Shown: positions 36,178-48,254, counted from the stretch's first letter. The stretch is DNA of 64,000 nucleotides from Acidobacteriota bacterium (GCA_040005235.1 JBDTZG010000006.1:22203-86202); one strand, 5' to 3'. The notes: generated from the letters alone by a model not told the origin. Numbers and translations are program-made.

Positions 36178-38589
36178 ATGAATCTCCTGCTCGACACCCG
36201 CCTCGCGTTTCGTTCCCTAGTCAAGCGGCCGGGGGCGGCATTGGTGATGATCCTCACCCTCGCTGTCGGCCTGGGCGTGAACGCTGCGATCTTCGGCGTG
36301 CTCGACCGGCTGGTTCTGCGGCCGTTCGTCTTTCCCGACGTGGACCGCATGGTCCTCCTTTCCGAGACTTCGAAGAGCGAAGAGCTGGATTCGTCGAACG
36401 TCGCCCCCGCGAATTGGTTCGAGGTCCGGCGCGAGGCCAAAGGGATCTTCGAAAGCGTGGCGGCGTTCTCGGGGTGGAACGCCAACCTGATCGGCGCGGA
36501 CGGCCCGGAGAGGGTCCTGGGTACCCGCGTCTCGACGGAGTTCTTTCGGTCCTTGCGCGTCGAGCCCGCGGCGGGTCGATTCTTCCTTCCGGGGACTCCC
36601 GATCCCGACGCGGTGGTGATTGCCGATTCGCTCTGGCGCCGGCTTGGAACCGATCCGGGAATCGTCGGCAAACCGCTTTCGATCAATGGCCGCAGCTATC
36701 AAGTGGTGGGCGTCGCTCGGCCCGGGTTCAATTTTCCGGAAGGGAGCGAGGTCTGGTCGACGCTCGTCCTCAGCCCGGACGAAGCCGCGAGCCGGACGGA
36801 TCATTACCTGAGCGTGCTCGGCCGTCTCGCGCCCGGAGTTTCGCTGTCGGCCGCCGCCGCCCGTTTCGAGGTCCTTGCGGCGGGCCTGCGAGCCCGCAAC
36901 CCTGAAACCAACGCCGGCCGGGGCATCCGGGTCCGTACTTTGACCGAAGGATTGCAGGACGAAGGGACGCCCTCGATCCTCGGCCTCTGGCAGGCTGCGG
37001 CGGCGTTCGTTCTGCTGATCGCCTGGGTCAATCTCGCCAACCTGATGCTCGCCCGCGGTTCCGAACGGCGGCGCGACCTCGCGGTGCTCGAAGCGCTCGG
37101 CGCGAGCCGAGGTCGCCGGGTGCTCACTCTGCTCTCCGAGGGCGCGGTCGTGGCCATCGCAGGGGCGCTCCTTTCGCTGCCGATCGCCGCCTTGGCGATT
37201 CGCCTGATGCGCGACGCGATGCCGGCGACGATCCGCAAATTCATCTACGGGTGGGACCAGCTCGGCCTCGACGGCCGGACGTTCGCTTTCACCCTCGGCC
37301 TGGCCGTGTTCTCGGTCCTGGCGTTCAGCGTCTGGCCGGCGCTGCGCTCTTCCGGTTCAGGGATTGGCGGCGCGCTCCGCCAGGATCGGCGCGGAGGATT
37401 GGGAATCGGCGCCCAGCGTGGCAGGAGCGCGCTGGTCATCGTCGAGGTCGCCGCCGGTCTCGTCCTCCTGGTGTCGGCCGCGCTCTGCGTGCGGGGTGCC
37501 ACCCGGCTTCTCGACGGACCGCAAGGGTACGACCCCGACCATCTGCTGACGCTACGGGTGACGCTCGACGAGGCCCGTTATCCGGACGACGCCTCGCGGC
37601 GCGCCTTCGCCCGAGGAGCGGTCGCCCGCTTGGCCGCGCAGCCTGGCGTCGCATCCGTCGCGGAGGCAAACGTGATGCCCGCGACCGGCAACAACAACGT
37701 CTTTCCGCTGGCGATCGAAGGGGAGGCCCCGCCGGACAAAAGCGATCCGCCGCAGGTGGATGGCCGGATGGTCTCGCCGCGCTATTTCGAGACGCTCGGC
37801 CTGCCGATCCTGTCCGGCCGCGGGATCGCCGCCTCCGACGGTCCGGACACGCTCCCCGTCGCCGTGATCAGCCGCTCGATGGCCGAGCGCTACTGGCCAG
37901 GTCGTGACCCATTGGGCAAGAGGTTCCGGGCAGGCGAAGAGGGCCAGCCCTGGCTGACCGTGGTGGGGGTGGCGGGCGACCACATCCATCATTGGTTCAA
38001 CCGGCGCAATTACCCGACGTTCTTCGAGCCGCTGGAGCAGCATCCGCGGCCGCGTCTCACCCTCGCGGTGCGGACGCTCGGCGAGCCCGAGTCGTTCGCC
38101 CGCGAGGCAAGAAAGGCGTTGCGCGCGCTCGATCCCTATCAGCCGGTCTACGACGTGGGGAGCATGCGCCGCTCGATCTCCGAGTCGACGATCGGCCTGC
38201 AATACGTTGCGGCGGTGATGGCGGCTTTCGCGTTCTTCGGCGTGATTCTCGCGATCTCGGGCGTCTACGCCGTGATGGCCTATCGGGTCAGCCTGCGCCG
38301 CCAGGAGATCGGGGTCCGCGTGGCGCTCGGAGCGACGAAGCGCGACGTGCTCGGCCTCACCCTCGGCCAGGCGCTCCGCCTGACCGCACTCGGCCTCGTC
38401 GGCGGAGCGATCCTTTCCGCCTTCGCCGGACGGGCGATCAGCGGGCTCCTGCGCGGGGTTACCGAGGTCGACCCCAAGCTGATCGTCGGCGGGGTGGCGC
38501 TCTTGGGCGCCGCGATGCTGCTTGCGGCGTTCATCCCGACCCGCCGCGCCCTCGCGCTCGATCCGGCCGAGGTGCTGCGCAACGAGTAG
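36178..38589 (+). CDS. ADOP-family duplicated FtsX/MacB-like ABC permease
   Basis: 803 aa with two MacB_PCD-FtsX modules in tandem. This architecture is characteristic of the acidobacterial duplicated orphan permeases. No ATPase gene is adjacent. Confidence 0.8.
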   Translation: MNLLLDTRLAFRSLVKRPGAALVMILTLAVGLGVNAAIFGVLDRLVLRPFVFPDVDRMVLLSETSKSEELDSSNVAPANWFEVRREAKGIFESVAAFSGWNANLIGADGPERVLGTRVSTEFFRSLRVEPAAGRFFLPGTPDPDAVVIADSLWRRLGTDPGIVGKPLSINGRSYQVVGVARPGFNFPEGSEVWSTLVLSPDEAASRTDHYLSVLGRLAPGVSLSAAAARFEVLAAGLRARNPETNAGRGIRVRTLTEGLQDEGTPSILGLWQAAAAFVLLIAWVNLANLMLARGSERRRDLAVLEALGASRGRRVLTLLSEGAVVAIAGALLSLPIAALAIRLMRDAMPATIRKFIYGWDQLGLDGRTFAFTLGLAVFSVLAFSVWPALRSSGSGIGGALRQDRRGGLGIGAQRGRSALVIVEVAAGLVLLVSAALCVRGATRLLDGPQGYDPDHLLTLRVTLDEARYPDDASRRAFARGAVARLAAQPGVASVAEANVMPATGNNNVFPLAIEGEAPPDKSDPPQVDGRMVSPRYFETLGLPILSGRGIAASDGPDTLPVAVISRSMAERYWPGRDPLGKRFRAGEEGQPWLTVVGVAGDHIHHWFNRRNYPTFFEPLEQHPRPRLTLAVRTLGEPESFAREARKALRALDPYQPVYDVGSMRRSISESTIGLQYVAAVMAAFAFFGVILAISGVYAVMAYRVSLRRQEIGVRVALGATKRDVLGLTLGQALRLTALGLVGGAILSAFAGRAISGLLRGVTEVDPKLIVGGVALLGAAMLLAAFIPTRRALALDPAEVLRNE

Positions 38590-38598
38590 CTCAGGGGG

Positions 38599-39099
38599 CT
38601 ATTGCCCTCCGGGCTTCTTTGCGGCGTCGAGCTCCTTCTGCTTATCGCGCACCATCTGCTGCAGCTCGGCCTGATGCGCTTTGCCGATCTCGGCGCCGAT
38701 CTGGGCGCCTTTCTGAAATAGCTCTGGCATCTTGGTCAGGGCCTTCTTGCCGGTCGGCGTGCGATAAAACGCGATCATCTCGCGCGTTTCCGCTTCGGTG
38801 AACGTCTCCATGTAAACCTTGATCAGCTGCGGCGCCATTGCGTCCCAGGTCAAATACTTGGTCGACCATTCGAGCAGGAGGCCGCGAAAGGGCGCGATGC
38901 CCGGGTTGGCTTTGATCTGCGCATCGATCATCGCGGTGGCGCCGCCCAGCATCGTTTTCTCCAGGTCCATCAGTCCGAACAGCTCGGTCACCGCCTGCTG
39001 GTGCGAGCCGACCGCAGGCTTGGAAGCCGCGCCGGGTGATTGCGCGTGGGCGGACGCCGTACAAAGGAGCAGCAGGGCAGCGGTCAAGAGTTTGCGCAC
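38599..39099 (-). CDS. DUF2059 secreted protein
   Basis: Signal peptide. YMETFTEAETREMIAFYRTPTGKKALTKMPEL resembles the DUF2059 core. 166 aa. Confidence 0.55.
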   Translation of the reverse strand: MRKLLTAALLLLCTASAHAQSPGAASKPAVGSHQQAVTELFGLMDLEKTMLGGATAMIDAQIKANPGIAPFRGLLLEWSTKYLTWDAMAPQLIKVYMETFTEAETREMIAFYRTPTGKKALTKMPELFQKGAQIGAEIGKAHQAELQQMVRDKQKELDAAKKPGGQ

Positions 39100-39144
39100 G
39101 GTTCTTCCTTTTCGGAGGGGGTGGGTGATGCTAGATCGATTCGA

Positions 39145-39966
39145 TCACGCCTCGAACATTGCGCTGATCTCGCGGTAGGGCACGGCGTCCTCCGCGAAGG
39201 TGAACGTGCCGTGCTCGCGCATCTCCCGGCCGGCGCGGAGGAACGCCCCAAGGGCCGCGCGGGAAAGGGCGCTTCCCACGCTCACCCGCTTGACGCCGAT
39301 TTCGGACAGCTCGGCGAGGGTGAGCTGGACGCCTTGGAGACCCATCACCACATTCATAGGGCGATCGACGGAGCGGACCACCGTGGCGATGTCCTCGCGG
39401 CTCGTGAGGCCTGGAGCGTAGAGCACGTCGGCGCCCGCCTCTTGATAGGCCTGAAGCCGGGCGATCGTGTCTTTGAGATCCGGCCGGCCGACCAGGAAGT
39501 TTTCGGCCCGGGCGGTAAGCGTGAACGGGAAGGGGAACGAGCCCGCCGCCTCCGCCGCGGCGCGGACCCGCTCGACCGCGAGATCGAGAGGGTAGATTGG
39601 ATCGTCCTTCCTCTGGGTGTAGTCCTCGATCGACCCGCCGACCAGCCCGGTCGCCGCGGCGATGCGGATCGTCTCCGCGACGATTCCCGGCTCGTCCCCG
39701 AAGCCATGCTCCAGATCGGCGCTCACCGGCAGGTCGGTCGCCGAAACGATGCTCCCCACGTGGTTCATCATCTCGTCGCGGCTCGTCACGTTGTCCCGCC
39801 GCCCGACCGAGAACGAATACCCGGCGCTGGTGGTCGCGAGCGCCTCGAATCCTAGATGCGCGAGAAGCCGAGCGGTTCCCACGTCCCACGGATTGGGGAT
39901 GATGAACGCGCCGTCCCGCTCATGAAGCGCGCGAAAGTCGGTTCCTTTTTCGGCTGGGGTCCTCAT
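39145..39966 (-). CDS. Isocitrate lyase/PEP mutase superfamily enzyme (methylisocitrate lyase / carboxyvinyl-carboxyphosphonate phosphorylmutase-like)
   Basis: IIPNPWDVGTARLLAHLGFEALATTSAGYS and the EDY/GADVLY motifs of the ICL/PEPM fold. 273 aa. Confidence 0.75.
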   Translation of the reverse strand: MRTPAEKGTDFRALHERDGAFIIPNPWDVGTARLLAHLGFEALATTSAGYSFSVGRRDNVTSRDEMMNHVGSIVSATDLPVSADLEHGFGDEPGIVAETIRIAAATGLVGGSIEDYTQRKDDPIYPLDLAVERVRAAAEAAGSFPFPFTLTARAENFLVGRPDLKDTIARLQAYQEAGADVLYAPGLTSREDIATVVRSVDRPMNVVMGLQGVQLTLAELSEIGVKRVSVGSALSRAALGAFLRAGREMREHGTFTFAEDAVPYREISAMFEA

Positions 39967-39987
39967 GTTGGCGCTCTCCTGCGGATC

Positions 39988-40371
39988 TCAGAGTCCCAGC
40001 GCCGTCGGATGCCGCGGCTGGTAGAGCCCGAGCTCGCCGCCACTCGGCAGCGGAATCGTCGTCTTCAGGCCCCAGGGGGCTTGGTCGACCTCCGTGCAAG
40101 CAATGCCCTTGGCCGCGAGCGATTTAACCGTCGCATGGAGGTCCTCGCACATCAGATAGACGACCGCGCCGAGGAGCTGATGCCCCGCGTGCACCTGCTC
40201 GGGAGAATCGTCGCCTTCGATGGGATGGAGGGCCGCCTCCGCCGGGGGCAGAGCGAAGATCAGCCAGCCATGCCCGGCGTCGACCGAGCGAAGCTCCAGG
40301 ACATCGGTGAAGAAGGCCCGATCGGCTTCTGGGTCGCGGCTGTAGAAGAGAACGTGGGCGCCGTTGAACAT
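39988..40371 (-). CDS. VOC (glyoxalase/bleomycin-resistance fold) protein
   Basis: 127 aa starting MFNGAHVLFYS, with the paired beta-alpha-beta-beta-beta module signature. The longer 263-aa ORF appears to be an N-terminal over-extension. Confidence 0.6.
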   Translation of the reverse strand: MFNGAHVLFYSRDPEADRAFFTDVLELRSVDAGHGWLIFALPPAEAALHPIEGDDSPEQVHAGHQLLGAVVYLMCEDLHATVKSLAAKGIACTEVDQAPWGLKTTIPLPSGGELGLYQPRHPTALGL

Positions 40372-40549
40372 GGCCGGGACCCTATCAACTTTTGAGCCCG
40401 AAGCTGATCGGCGGAAACCTATTTTGGCCGAGCGGCATAGCTCAAAGGTAGGGCAAGAGTGTGCCTCTGGCTTTTCAGTCGAAACTGCTACCCTCGACCT
40501 CAGCGCGGCGCGAAGGTGCGTCTCGCGCCCCCGATAGGAGATTCCGCCC

Positions 40550-40849
40550 ATGGTTACAGTCGCCCTGTTCGTCCGTTTGGAAGCAAAGCCCGGTAAGGAA
40601 GACGAGGTCGAGAGCTTCCTCAAAGGTGGTCTCGCAATCGTCGAGGGGGAACCGGCAACCACCGCTTGGTTCGCTCTTCGCCTTGGACCCTCGACCTTCG
40701 GCATTTTCGATGCGTTTCCGGACGAGTCCGGCCGGCAGGCGCATCTGAGCGGCCAAGTGGCTGCCGCCCTGATGGCCAAGGCGCCCGACCTTTTGTCCCA
40801 GCCCCCGTCGATCGAAAAAGTCGACGTCTTGGCCGCGAAACTGCCCTAG
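40550..40849 (+). CDS. ABM-domain (antibiotic biosynthesis monooxygenase-like) protein
   Basis: AGGAG Shine-Dalgarno. 99 aa. The ferredoxin-like fold signature VTVALFVRLEAKPGKEDEVESFLK...FGIFDAFPDE. Confidence 0.65.
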   Translation: MVTVALFVRLEAKPGKEDEVESFLKGGLAIVEGEPATTAWFALRLGPSTFGIFDAFPDESGRQAHLSGQVAAALMAKAPDLLSQPPSIEKVDVLAAKLP

Positions 40850-40855
40850 AGCCCC

Positions 40856-41395
40856 TCAGATCCTTTCGATCGCGTCGGCGGGCAGACGGGCGAGCAGCTC
40901 GCGCACCGTCCGCCCTGCCGGCGGCACGGGTTCGTCGGGGATTAGGTCGGCGAGCGGTTGAAGGACGAAACGCCGCTCGGCGAGCAGCGGATGGGGCAGC
41001 AAGATCTCGGGGCGAGCGGAGATTCGCTCGCCGAACCAGAGTAGGTCGAGATCGAGCGGCCGCGGCCCCCAGCGCTCGCTCCGTCGTCGGCCGACCGAGC
41101 GCTCGATTGCCTGGCAGAGCGCTAGGAGCGATTCGGCGTCCAGGGGAGAACGGGCGACGAGCGCGCTGTTCAGGTAGTCCGGCTGGGCAACGGCTGAGAC
41201 CGCGGTTGTGCGGTAGATCGGCGCCATCCGGATCTCCGAAAGATGTGCGCCCAAAACGCCAAGGGCCCGGTCGAAGTGATCTTCGACGGGCCCGAGGTTG
41301 CCACCGAGGGCTAGCGCGACCCGAGGCTCACTCCTCGTCGTCGATGTCCTCTTCTTCGTCGTCGGTCCCGAGGTCGGCTCCGACCAGCTCGTCAT
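40856..41395 (-). CDS. folK: 6-hydroxymethyl-7,8-dihydropterin pyrophosphokinase (HPPK)
   Basis: [11 protein letters not shown]...[12 protein letters not shown]...[17 protein letters not shown] are canonical FolK motifs. The only in-frame canonical start is the ATG at 41395, which overlaps the upstream gene by 68 nt. Confidence 0.7.
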   Translation of the reverse strand: MTSWSEPTSGPTTKKRTSTTRSEPRVALALGGNLGPVEDHFDRALGVLGAHLSEIRMAPIYRTTAVSAVAQPDYLNSALVARSPLDAESLLALCQAIERSVGRRRSERWGPRPLDLDLLWFGERISARPEILLPHPLLAERRFVLQPLADLIPDEPVPPAGRTVRELLARLPADAIERI

Positions 41396-41639
41396 CGATC
41401 AATTCGTCGTCCGCGACGACCTCGCCCGGGGCCTCTTCCGGCTCGTCGTCGAACGTGCGCGCCACTTCCGCTTTGCGCTTCTTGCGCGCCGCCTGGGTCG
41501 CGGCGAGTTGGGTCGAAGGAGCGGCGTGGGACTGGTTCGCGCCGCACTTCGGGCAGATCGGCTCCGGCTTGCCCAGGTCGTAGAACTTGGTGCCGCAGCT
41601 ATAGCACTCGTGCTTGCTTCCGAGCTTGGTTTCGGCCAT
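41328..41639 (-). CDS. FYDLN-motif zinc-ribbon protein with acidic tail (TIGR02300-like)
   Basis: [35 protein letters not shown], then a strongly acidic C-terminus ([11 protein letters not shown]). 103 aa. Confidence 0.65.
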   Translation of the reverse strand: MAETKLGSKHECYSCGTKFYDLGKPEPICPKCGANQSHAAPSTQLAATQAARKKRKAEVARTFDDEPEEAPGEVVADDELIDDELVGADLGTDDEEEDIDDEE

Positions 41640-41785
41640 TGAGACGGATCTCCGCCGCGGCGAAGAAGCCGCGTTTTCAGGCGCGGGAACGTAGCACCCG
41701 CTCCCGGTGGTGTCAACGGTGGAAAGAAAAAGACCGCCGGAGTGAGTACGCACCCCGGCGGCCTTGGTTCTTCAGGCGGAACATC

Positions 41786-43495
<1,710 letters not shown>

Positions 43496-43568
43496 AATGT
43501 GCCTCCTCGCGGCGTCTTCGGGGAGCGGATCATCGGGCCTCTAGTAAGCGGTTGCGGGAATCAAGGCG

Positions 43569-45404
43569 TCAGCGCGAAGGGTCGCCCGCACTCATCCGAG
43601 AACTTCGGGAATGCAGGGAGCGGGCCAACCTCGTCTTCTCGGCGAGGAGCCTCTCCAAGCGAACGTGATCCCCAGCGCGCTCGGCCCGAAGGACATCGCT
43701 CGCCAGATCTTTGAGCCGCTGCTGCTGCCAACGGCGTACCAGTTTTTCGAGGGACCCGGAAAGCCCAGGCTTTCCAGGGGTAACGGAGCCTTCTATCACG
43801 ATTTGAGACAGGCGGGCAATTGCCCGATCATCGGGTTCCAGCTCGGCGCGCACCGAGCGAACATCCGGGGGGGAGCCAATGCTCCGGCCGTATAAAGCAA
43901 CGAACGCACGGAAAATATTCCGGCATTCGGCATCGAGAAACGCCTCGGGCTCCGGAAGCTCGGAAACCGGCGGCAATCCGTCTCCCGAGAGCAGGAATTC
44001 GAGCACCTGCTCCTCGGTGGTCCGCACCAGACGGGCGACGTGGAGCTCCGGCTCGGCCGGGCCGCCCGCGCCGCCCGCTCGGGGCGATTCGCCCCGGTTC
44101 GGGGGGGGCTCGGCCCCCATCCGCCGCGACATCAGCTCGACCGGCACTTGAATCCTCTCCGCGGCGACCCGGGCGTAGCTCCAGCGCAAAATCGCATCCG
44201 GGATCGGGCGGAGCAGCTCGGCCACCGCGGCTGCCGCTTTGGCCTGTTCTCGCGGCTCGTGCGCGCTTTCGGCCGGGGCGATCCGCTCCAGCTCGGCGAT
44301 CACGCCGTCGGGAGCCTCGGCGATCGCTGCGGCCACCGCCTCCGGCCCTTGGGCCTGGCGCAGAGAATCGGGATCGTGCCCTTCGGGGAAGCGCGCACGG
44401 CGCACGGCGAGCCCTTCGGAAAGCAGCAACGGCAGCGCCCGGCGGAAGGCGTTTTCCCCGGCGTTGTCCCCGTCGTAGGCGATCACCGCCTCTTCCGCAT
44501 AGCGCTTCAAGAGCTTCGCCTGCTCGGGGGTTAAAGCGGTGCCCATCCCCGCCACCGCTCCTTCCAAACCGCAAGCGACGGCGCCAAGGACGTCGAAATA
44601 CCCTTCGACCAAGATCGCCTTGCCGGTTTCACGGATCGCCCGCTTCGCCTGGTCCAGGCCGTAAAGCAGCGTCCCCTTATGAAAGCTTGCGGTCTCCGCG
44701 GTGTTCACGTACTTCGCCTTGTCGTCCCCTAAGGTCCGGCCGCCGAAACCGACCAGGCGTCCCGCTGCGTTCCTGATCGGGAACATCAGACGGTTGCGGA
44801 ACCGGTCGTAGGGGTCTCCCCCTTGCCGTTCGGCACTCCGTTCCGGCCGGGTGATCAGGCCGGAGGCTTCGAGGTCGCCCGTGGGGATCTTGTTGCGCAG
44901 GGCTTCGAACAGGCCGCGCCACCCCTCGGGTGCGTAGCCCAGGCCGAAGCGCTCGATCAGCGCGGGCGGAATGCCCCGCTTTTCGAGGTACCCCCCGGCA
45001 AAAGAGGAGCGCTTCAGCTGATCGACGAAATACCCCTGGGCGGCGGTGAGCGCCCCTTCGAGGTCTCGCTCGTCCCGGCCGCCCCGCCGCTCCGGCGCCG
45101 CGGGAAGCGAAATTCCATAGCGGCGGGCGAGCGACTCGATCGCGGCCGGAAAGTCGTCGCCCGAAAGCAGCATGTGGAGTTTGATCGCGTCGCCGCCCTG
45201 GCCGCAGCCGAAGCAGTAGAACAGCCCCGGGCCGGGATCGACCCCGAACGAGGGGCTTTTCTCTTTGTGCAGCGGGCAGAGACCCTGATACCTCTTCCCG
45301 GCCTTCTGCAGCCGGGTATGGTCCGAGGCGACGCTCAGGATGTCCGCCGCGTCGCGGACCGCCTGGATCAGCTGCGGGGTCAGATGTACGTTGCCGAGGG
45401 CCAT
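43569..45404 (-). CDS. dnaG: DNA primase
   Basis: Start MALGNVHLTPQLIQ. Zinc ribbon CPLHKEKSPSFGV...FYCFGCG. TOPRIM domain (EGYFDV). 611 aa. Confidence 0.85.
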   Translation of the reverse strand: MALGNVHLTPQLIQAVRDAADILSVASDHTRLQKAGKRYQGLCPLHKEKSPSFGVDPGPGLFYCFGCGQGGDAIKLHMLLSGDDFPAAIESLARRYGISLPAAPERRGGRDERDLEGALTAAQGYFVDQLKRSSFAGGYLEKRGIPPALIERFGLGYAPEGWRGLFEALRNKIPTGDLEASGLITRPERSAERQGGDPYDRFRNRLMFPIRNAAGRLVGFGGRTLGDDKAKYVNTAETASFHKGTLLYGLDQAKRAIRETGKAILVEGYFDVLGAVACGLEGAVAGMGTALTPEQAKLLKRYAEEAVIAYDGDNAGENAFRRALPLLLSEGLAVRRARFPEGHDPDSLRQAQGPEAVAAAIAEAPDGVIAELERIAPAESAHEPREQAKAAAAVAELLRPIPDAILRWSYARVAAERIQVPVELMSRRMGAEPPPNRGESPRAGGAGGPAEPELHVARLVRTTEEQVLEFLLSGDGLPPVSELPEPEAFLDAECRNIFRAFVALYGRSIGSPPDVRSVRAELEPDDRAIARLSQIVIEGSVTPGKPGLSGSLEKLVRRWQQQRLKDLASDVLRAERAGDHVRLERLLAEKTRLARSLHSRSSRMSAGDPSR

Positions 45405-45644
45405 GGGTCGGGTTCTAGGGTCTGGAGTCGTTGTCGATTTGAGACGCCTGCGGGCGACCGATTTCCTGTCATCGGTAAAATCTGCCCGCGGGATACCTCT
45501 TGGAGTGCGCATCGGCTCTTAATTGAGGACGCGACATCGAGCCTCGGAGCGCGCCGCACCAAGGCGCCCCGGCCCAAAGCTCCACTCAAGACTTAGAACG
45601 TTCGGCCGCGCAATTCCGTTCCTCATTCCACCTATAAGGCGCGA

Positions 45645-48218
45645 TCAGGCGTTCCGGAGAGTCACGACGGTCGCGCCGTTGCCGCCCTCTTCCGGATCGC
45701 CCGGCCGAAGGTTCGCGACCGCCCGGTGGCTGCGCAGGTGCTCCCGGACCGCCTGGCGGAGCTTTCCCGAGCCGTGGCCGTGGACCACCCGGATCTCCTT
45801 GTGAGGGCCGCGAACGGCATGGTCCAGGTAGGCGTCGAGCTGTTCGAGGGCGGATTCCACCCGTTGGCCGATCAGGTGCAGCTCCGGAGGGGTCGAGGCG
45901 CTCTCCTCGGCATCGCGCGAGCTGCCGCGCACTCCGCCCAGCCCTCCCGGCACGGCGCGCGGCCCGCGGACCCCTCGAACGCTCCCTTCCACCCGGCCCG
46001 CGCGATCCCCTGCGACAAACGCCTCCGCCTTGGCCGGTCCGTCGCTCCCGGGGGCCAGCGCGCCCAGCTCTTCGGCTCGGCAGCGGACCCTCTTGCCGTG
46101 GACGGAGACTTCCGCCCGGCCACCTTCGAGTTTTTCGAGCTTTCCCTGCCAACCGAGACCCAGATGGCGCACCAGGCCGCCGACCTGGAGAGGTCCGGAC
46201 GGCGCCTCGGGCTCCTCGACCAGCTCCGGCGCCTCGGCGAACAGGCGCTCGGCGGCCTCTACCTCCAGGCCGCGGCGTTTGCCCTGCTCGAACCGCTCGC
46301 GGATGCGCTCGACCTCCTCGCGCAGCTTTGCCGAGGTCTCGCGCCGGAAGGCGTCGAGGTCGCCCTTCAATTTCTTCCCTACGGTCTTCCGTTCTTCCGT
46401 TGCGGCGGCCAGCTCCTCGGCCAGCCTACGGCGGAGCTTTTCGGCGTCCGCGCGCTCGGTCTCCAGCTCGGAGCGCGTCTCGGCCAGCACTTGCCGGGCC
46501 CTCTCGACCTCGACCAGCAGGCGGCGCAGATCGCGGTGCTCGGAGCCGAGCCGGGCCTCCGCCCGGTCTAGCCACTCGGCCGGCAGGCCAAGGCGGCGCG
46601 CCAAGGCGATCGCCTCGCTCCCTCCCGGAGGTCCTGGCACCAAACGGAACGTCGGCCGGCCGGTTTGCGGATCGAACTCCATCGCCGCACACGAGGCGCC
46701 GCCGGTTTCGAGCGCCGAGGCGGCGAGCTGCGTCAGGTGGGTGGTGATGACGGCGAGGGTCTTCTTCTGCGCCAAGCTTTCGAGCAGCGAGGTCGAGAGC
46801 GCGGCCCCCTCTTCCGGGTCGGTGCCGGAGCCCAGCTCGTCGAGCAGCACCAAACTGTTCGGGCCGGCGGCCTCCCAGGCTTCTTTCAATCGCAGCAGCC
46901 GGCCGGAAAACGTCGAGCGGTCGGCGAGCAAATCCTGCTCGTCGCCCACGGTCGCCACCAGGCGGGAGAGGAACGGCACTCGGCTGCCCGGTGCGGCCGG
47001 AATCAGCAGGCCGCAAAGGGCCGAGGCGGCAAGCAGGCCGGCGGTCTTCAAAGCGACCGTTTTTCCGCCCGCGTTCGGGCCGGTGATCACCAGAATGCGG
47101 CGCTCGCCCATCAACGACAGATCGAGCGGTACGATCGTCCCGCCGTGTCCCGCCTGCCCAAGCGCCTCGCGCCGCGCCTCGGACAGGCGCGAATCGAGCA
47201 GCGGGTGGCGCGCGGAGAGGAGGATCAACTCGGGGGAGTAAGACGAAGAGGCCCCTGCCCCCGGGCCGATCTCGGGCAGCTGGGCCTCGGCGACCCCGGC
47301 ATAGCGCAACGCGGCCTGGAGCAGGTCGAGCTCGGCGACGAAATCCGCGATGCCGCCCGGGCCGGAAATCGCGGGAAGCTCCGCCCGCGCCGCGGCGATC
47401 AGCTCGTTCAAGATCCGCCGACGCTCAGATTCCTCGTCTTCGACCGACTGCTGCAGCTCGTTGTTCGACTCGACGACCTCGATCGGCTCGAAATAGAAGC
47501 TCTTGCCGGTACCCGACCGGCCATGGATCAAACCGCCGCTCCGGCCCTTGGCGCCCGCGTCGAGCATCAGGACCAGCCGTCCGCCGCGCAGAGGAATCGT
47601 CTCCTCCGACAGCTCGGTCCGATGGTTCTGGACGTAGCCGCCCAGCTCGGAATAGAGCTGATCCCGTACCCGGCGGATCTGCTTGCGCAACGCCGCGAGC
47701 TTCGGGCTCGCGTCTTCCCGCACCTCGCCCCGCCGGTCGAGCGCGCGGTCGATCTTCGACAGCAGCTGTTGCAGGTCGGGCACTCGAAGCGCGAGCTTGA
47801 GGAGAGCTGGGCAGAACTCCGCGCCGCGAATCCGCGACGCCGCCAGGCGCGAAGCGCGCAGCAGATCGGCCAGCCGGACGAGATCCAGGCCCTGCATGGG
47901 AGGCCGGCCGGTCACCAAGCGCTCGACCAGCTCGCCCACCGGAACGTCGAAATCGGGGACCAGAGGACCCAACCCCAACAGCCGGCCGGCCTCCTCGATC
48001 CGCCGCCGCTGGGCGAGCAAGGGCTCCTCTTCCGTGAACGGAGCGAGCGCGAGCACCCGCTCCCGTCCCAAGTCGGTCGAGGCGAAATGGGCGACCACTG
48101 CGAGCAGAGAAGGCAGCTCCAACGCCAAGGCGGTCGCCTCGGACAGGACGGAGTTCTCCCCGCCGGGCTCGCCGGGACTTTCGTCGTCGAAATCGTCGAA
48201 GTCGGGGGGCTGGTTCAT
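45645..48218 (-). CDS. mutS2: Endonuclease MutS2 (MutS domain plus C-terminal Smr)
   Basis: Walker A GPNAGGKT. DE motif LVLLDELGSGTDP. C-terminal Smr (LHLIGQRVE...VVHGHGSGKLRQAV). The start at 48218 (MNQPP) is chosen so that it does not overlap the rpsU terminator hairpin. Confidence 0.85.
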   Translation of the reverse strand: MNQPPDFDDFDDESPGEPGGENSVLSEATALALELPSLLAVVAHFASTDLGRERVLALAPFTEEEPLLAQRRRIEEAGRLLGLGPLVPDFDVPVGELVERLVTGRPPMQGLDLVRLADLLRASRLAASRIRGAEFCPALLKLALRVPDLQQLLSKIDRALDRRGEVREDASPKLAALRKQIRRVRDQLYSELGGYVQNHRTELSEETIPLRGGRLVLMLDAGAKGRSGGLIHGRSGTGKSFYFEPIEVVESNNELQQSVEDEESERRRILNELIAAARAELPAISGPGGIADFVAELDLLQAALRYAGVAEAQLPEIGPGAGASSSYSPELILLSARHPLLDSRLSEARREALGQAGHGGTIVPLDLSLMGERRILVITGPNAGGKTVALKTAGLLAASALCGLLIPAAPGSRVPFLSRLVATVGDEQDLLADRSTFSGRLLRLKEAWEAAGPNSLVLLDELGSGTDPEEGAALSTSLLESLAQKKTLAVITTHLTQLAASALETGGASCAAMEFDPQTGRPTFRLVPGPPGGSEAIALARRLGLPAEWLDRAEARLGSEHRDLRRLLVEVERARQVLAETRSELETERADAEKLRRRLAEELAAATEERKTVGKKLKGDLDAFRRETSAKLREEVERIRERFEQGKRRGLEVEAAERLFAEAPELVEEPEAPSGPLQVGGLVRHLGLGWQGKLEKLEGGRAEVSVHGKRVRCRAEELGALAPGSDGPAKAEAFVAGDRAGRVEGSVRGVRGPRAVPGGLGGVRGSSRDAEESASTPPELHLIGQRVESALEQLDAYLDHAVRGPHKEIRVVHGHGSGKLRQAVREHLRSHRAVANLRPGDPEEGGNGATVVTLRNA

Positions 48219-48254
48219 CACGGGCTCTTCGGTGATTAGGTTCAACAGGTTGGG

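Noticed and set aside
40430-40525. tRNA-like sequence (TAGCTCAAAGGTAGGGCA ... TCAGTCGAAACTG) upstream of the ABM gene
   Set aside because: The D-arm-like and T-loop-like strings cannot be folded into a cloverleaf with a 7-bp acceptor stem and a proper anticodon arm. I treat it as promoter or leader sequence.
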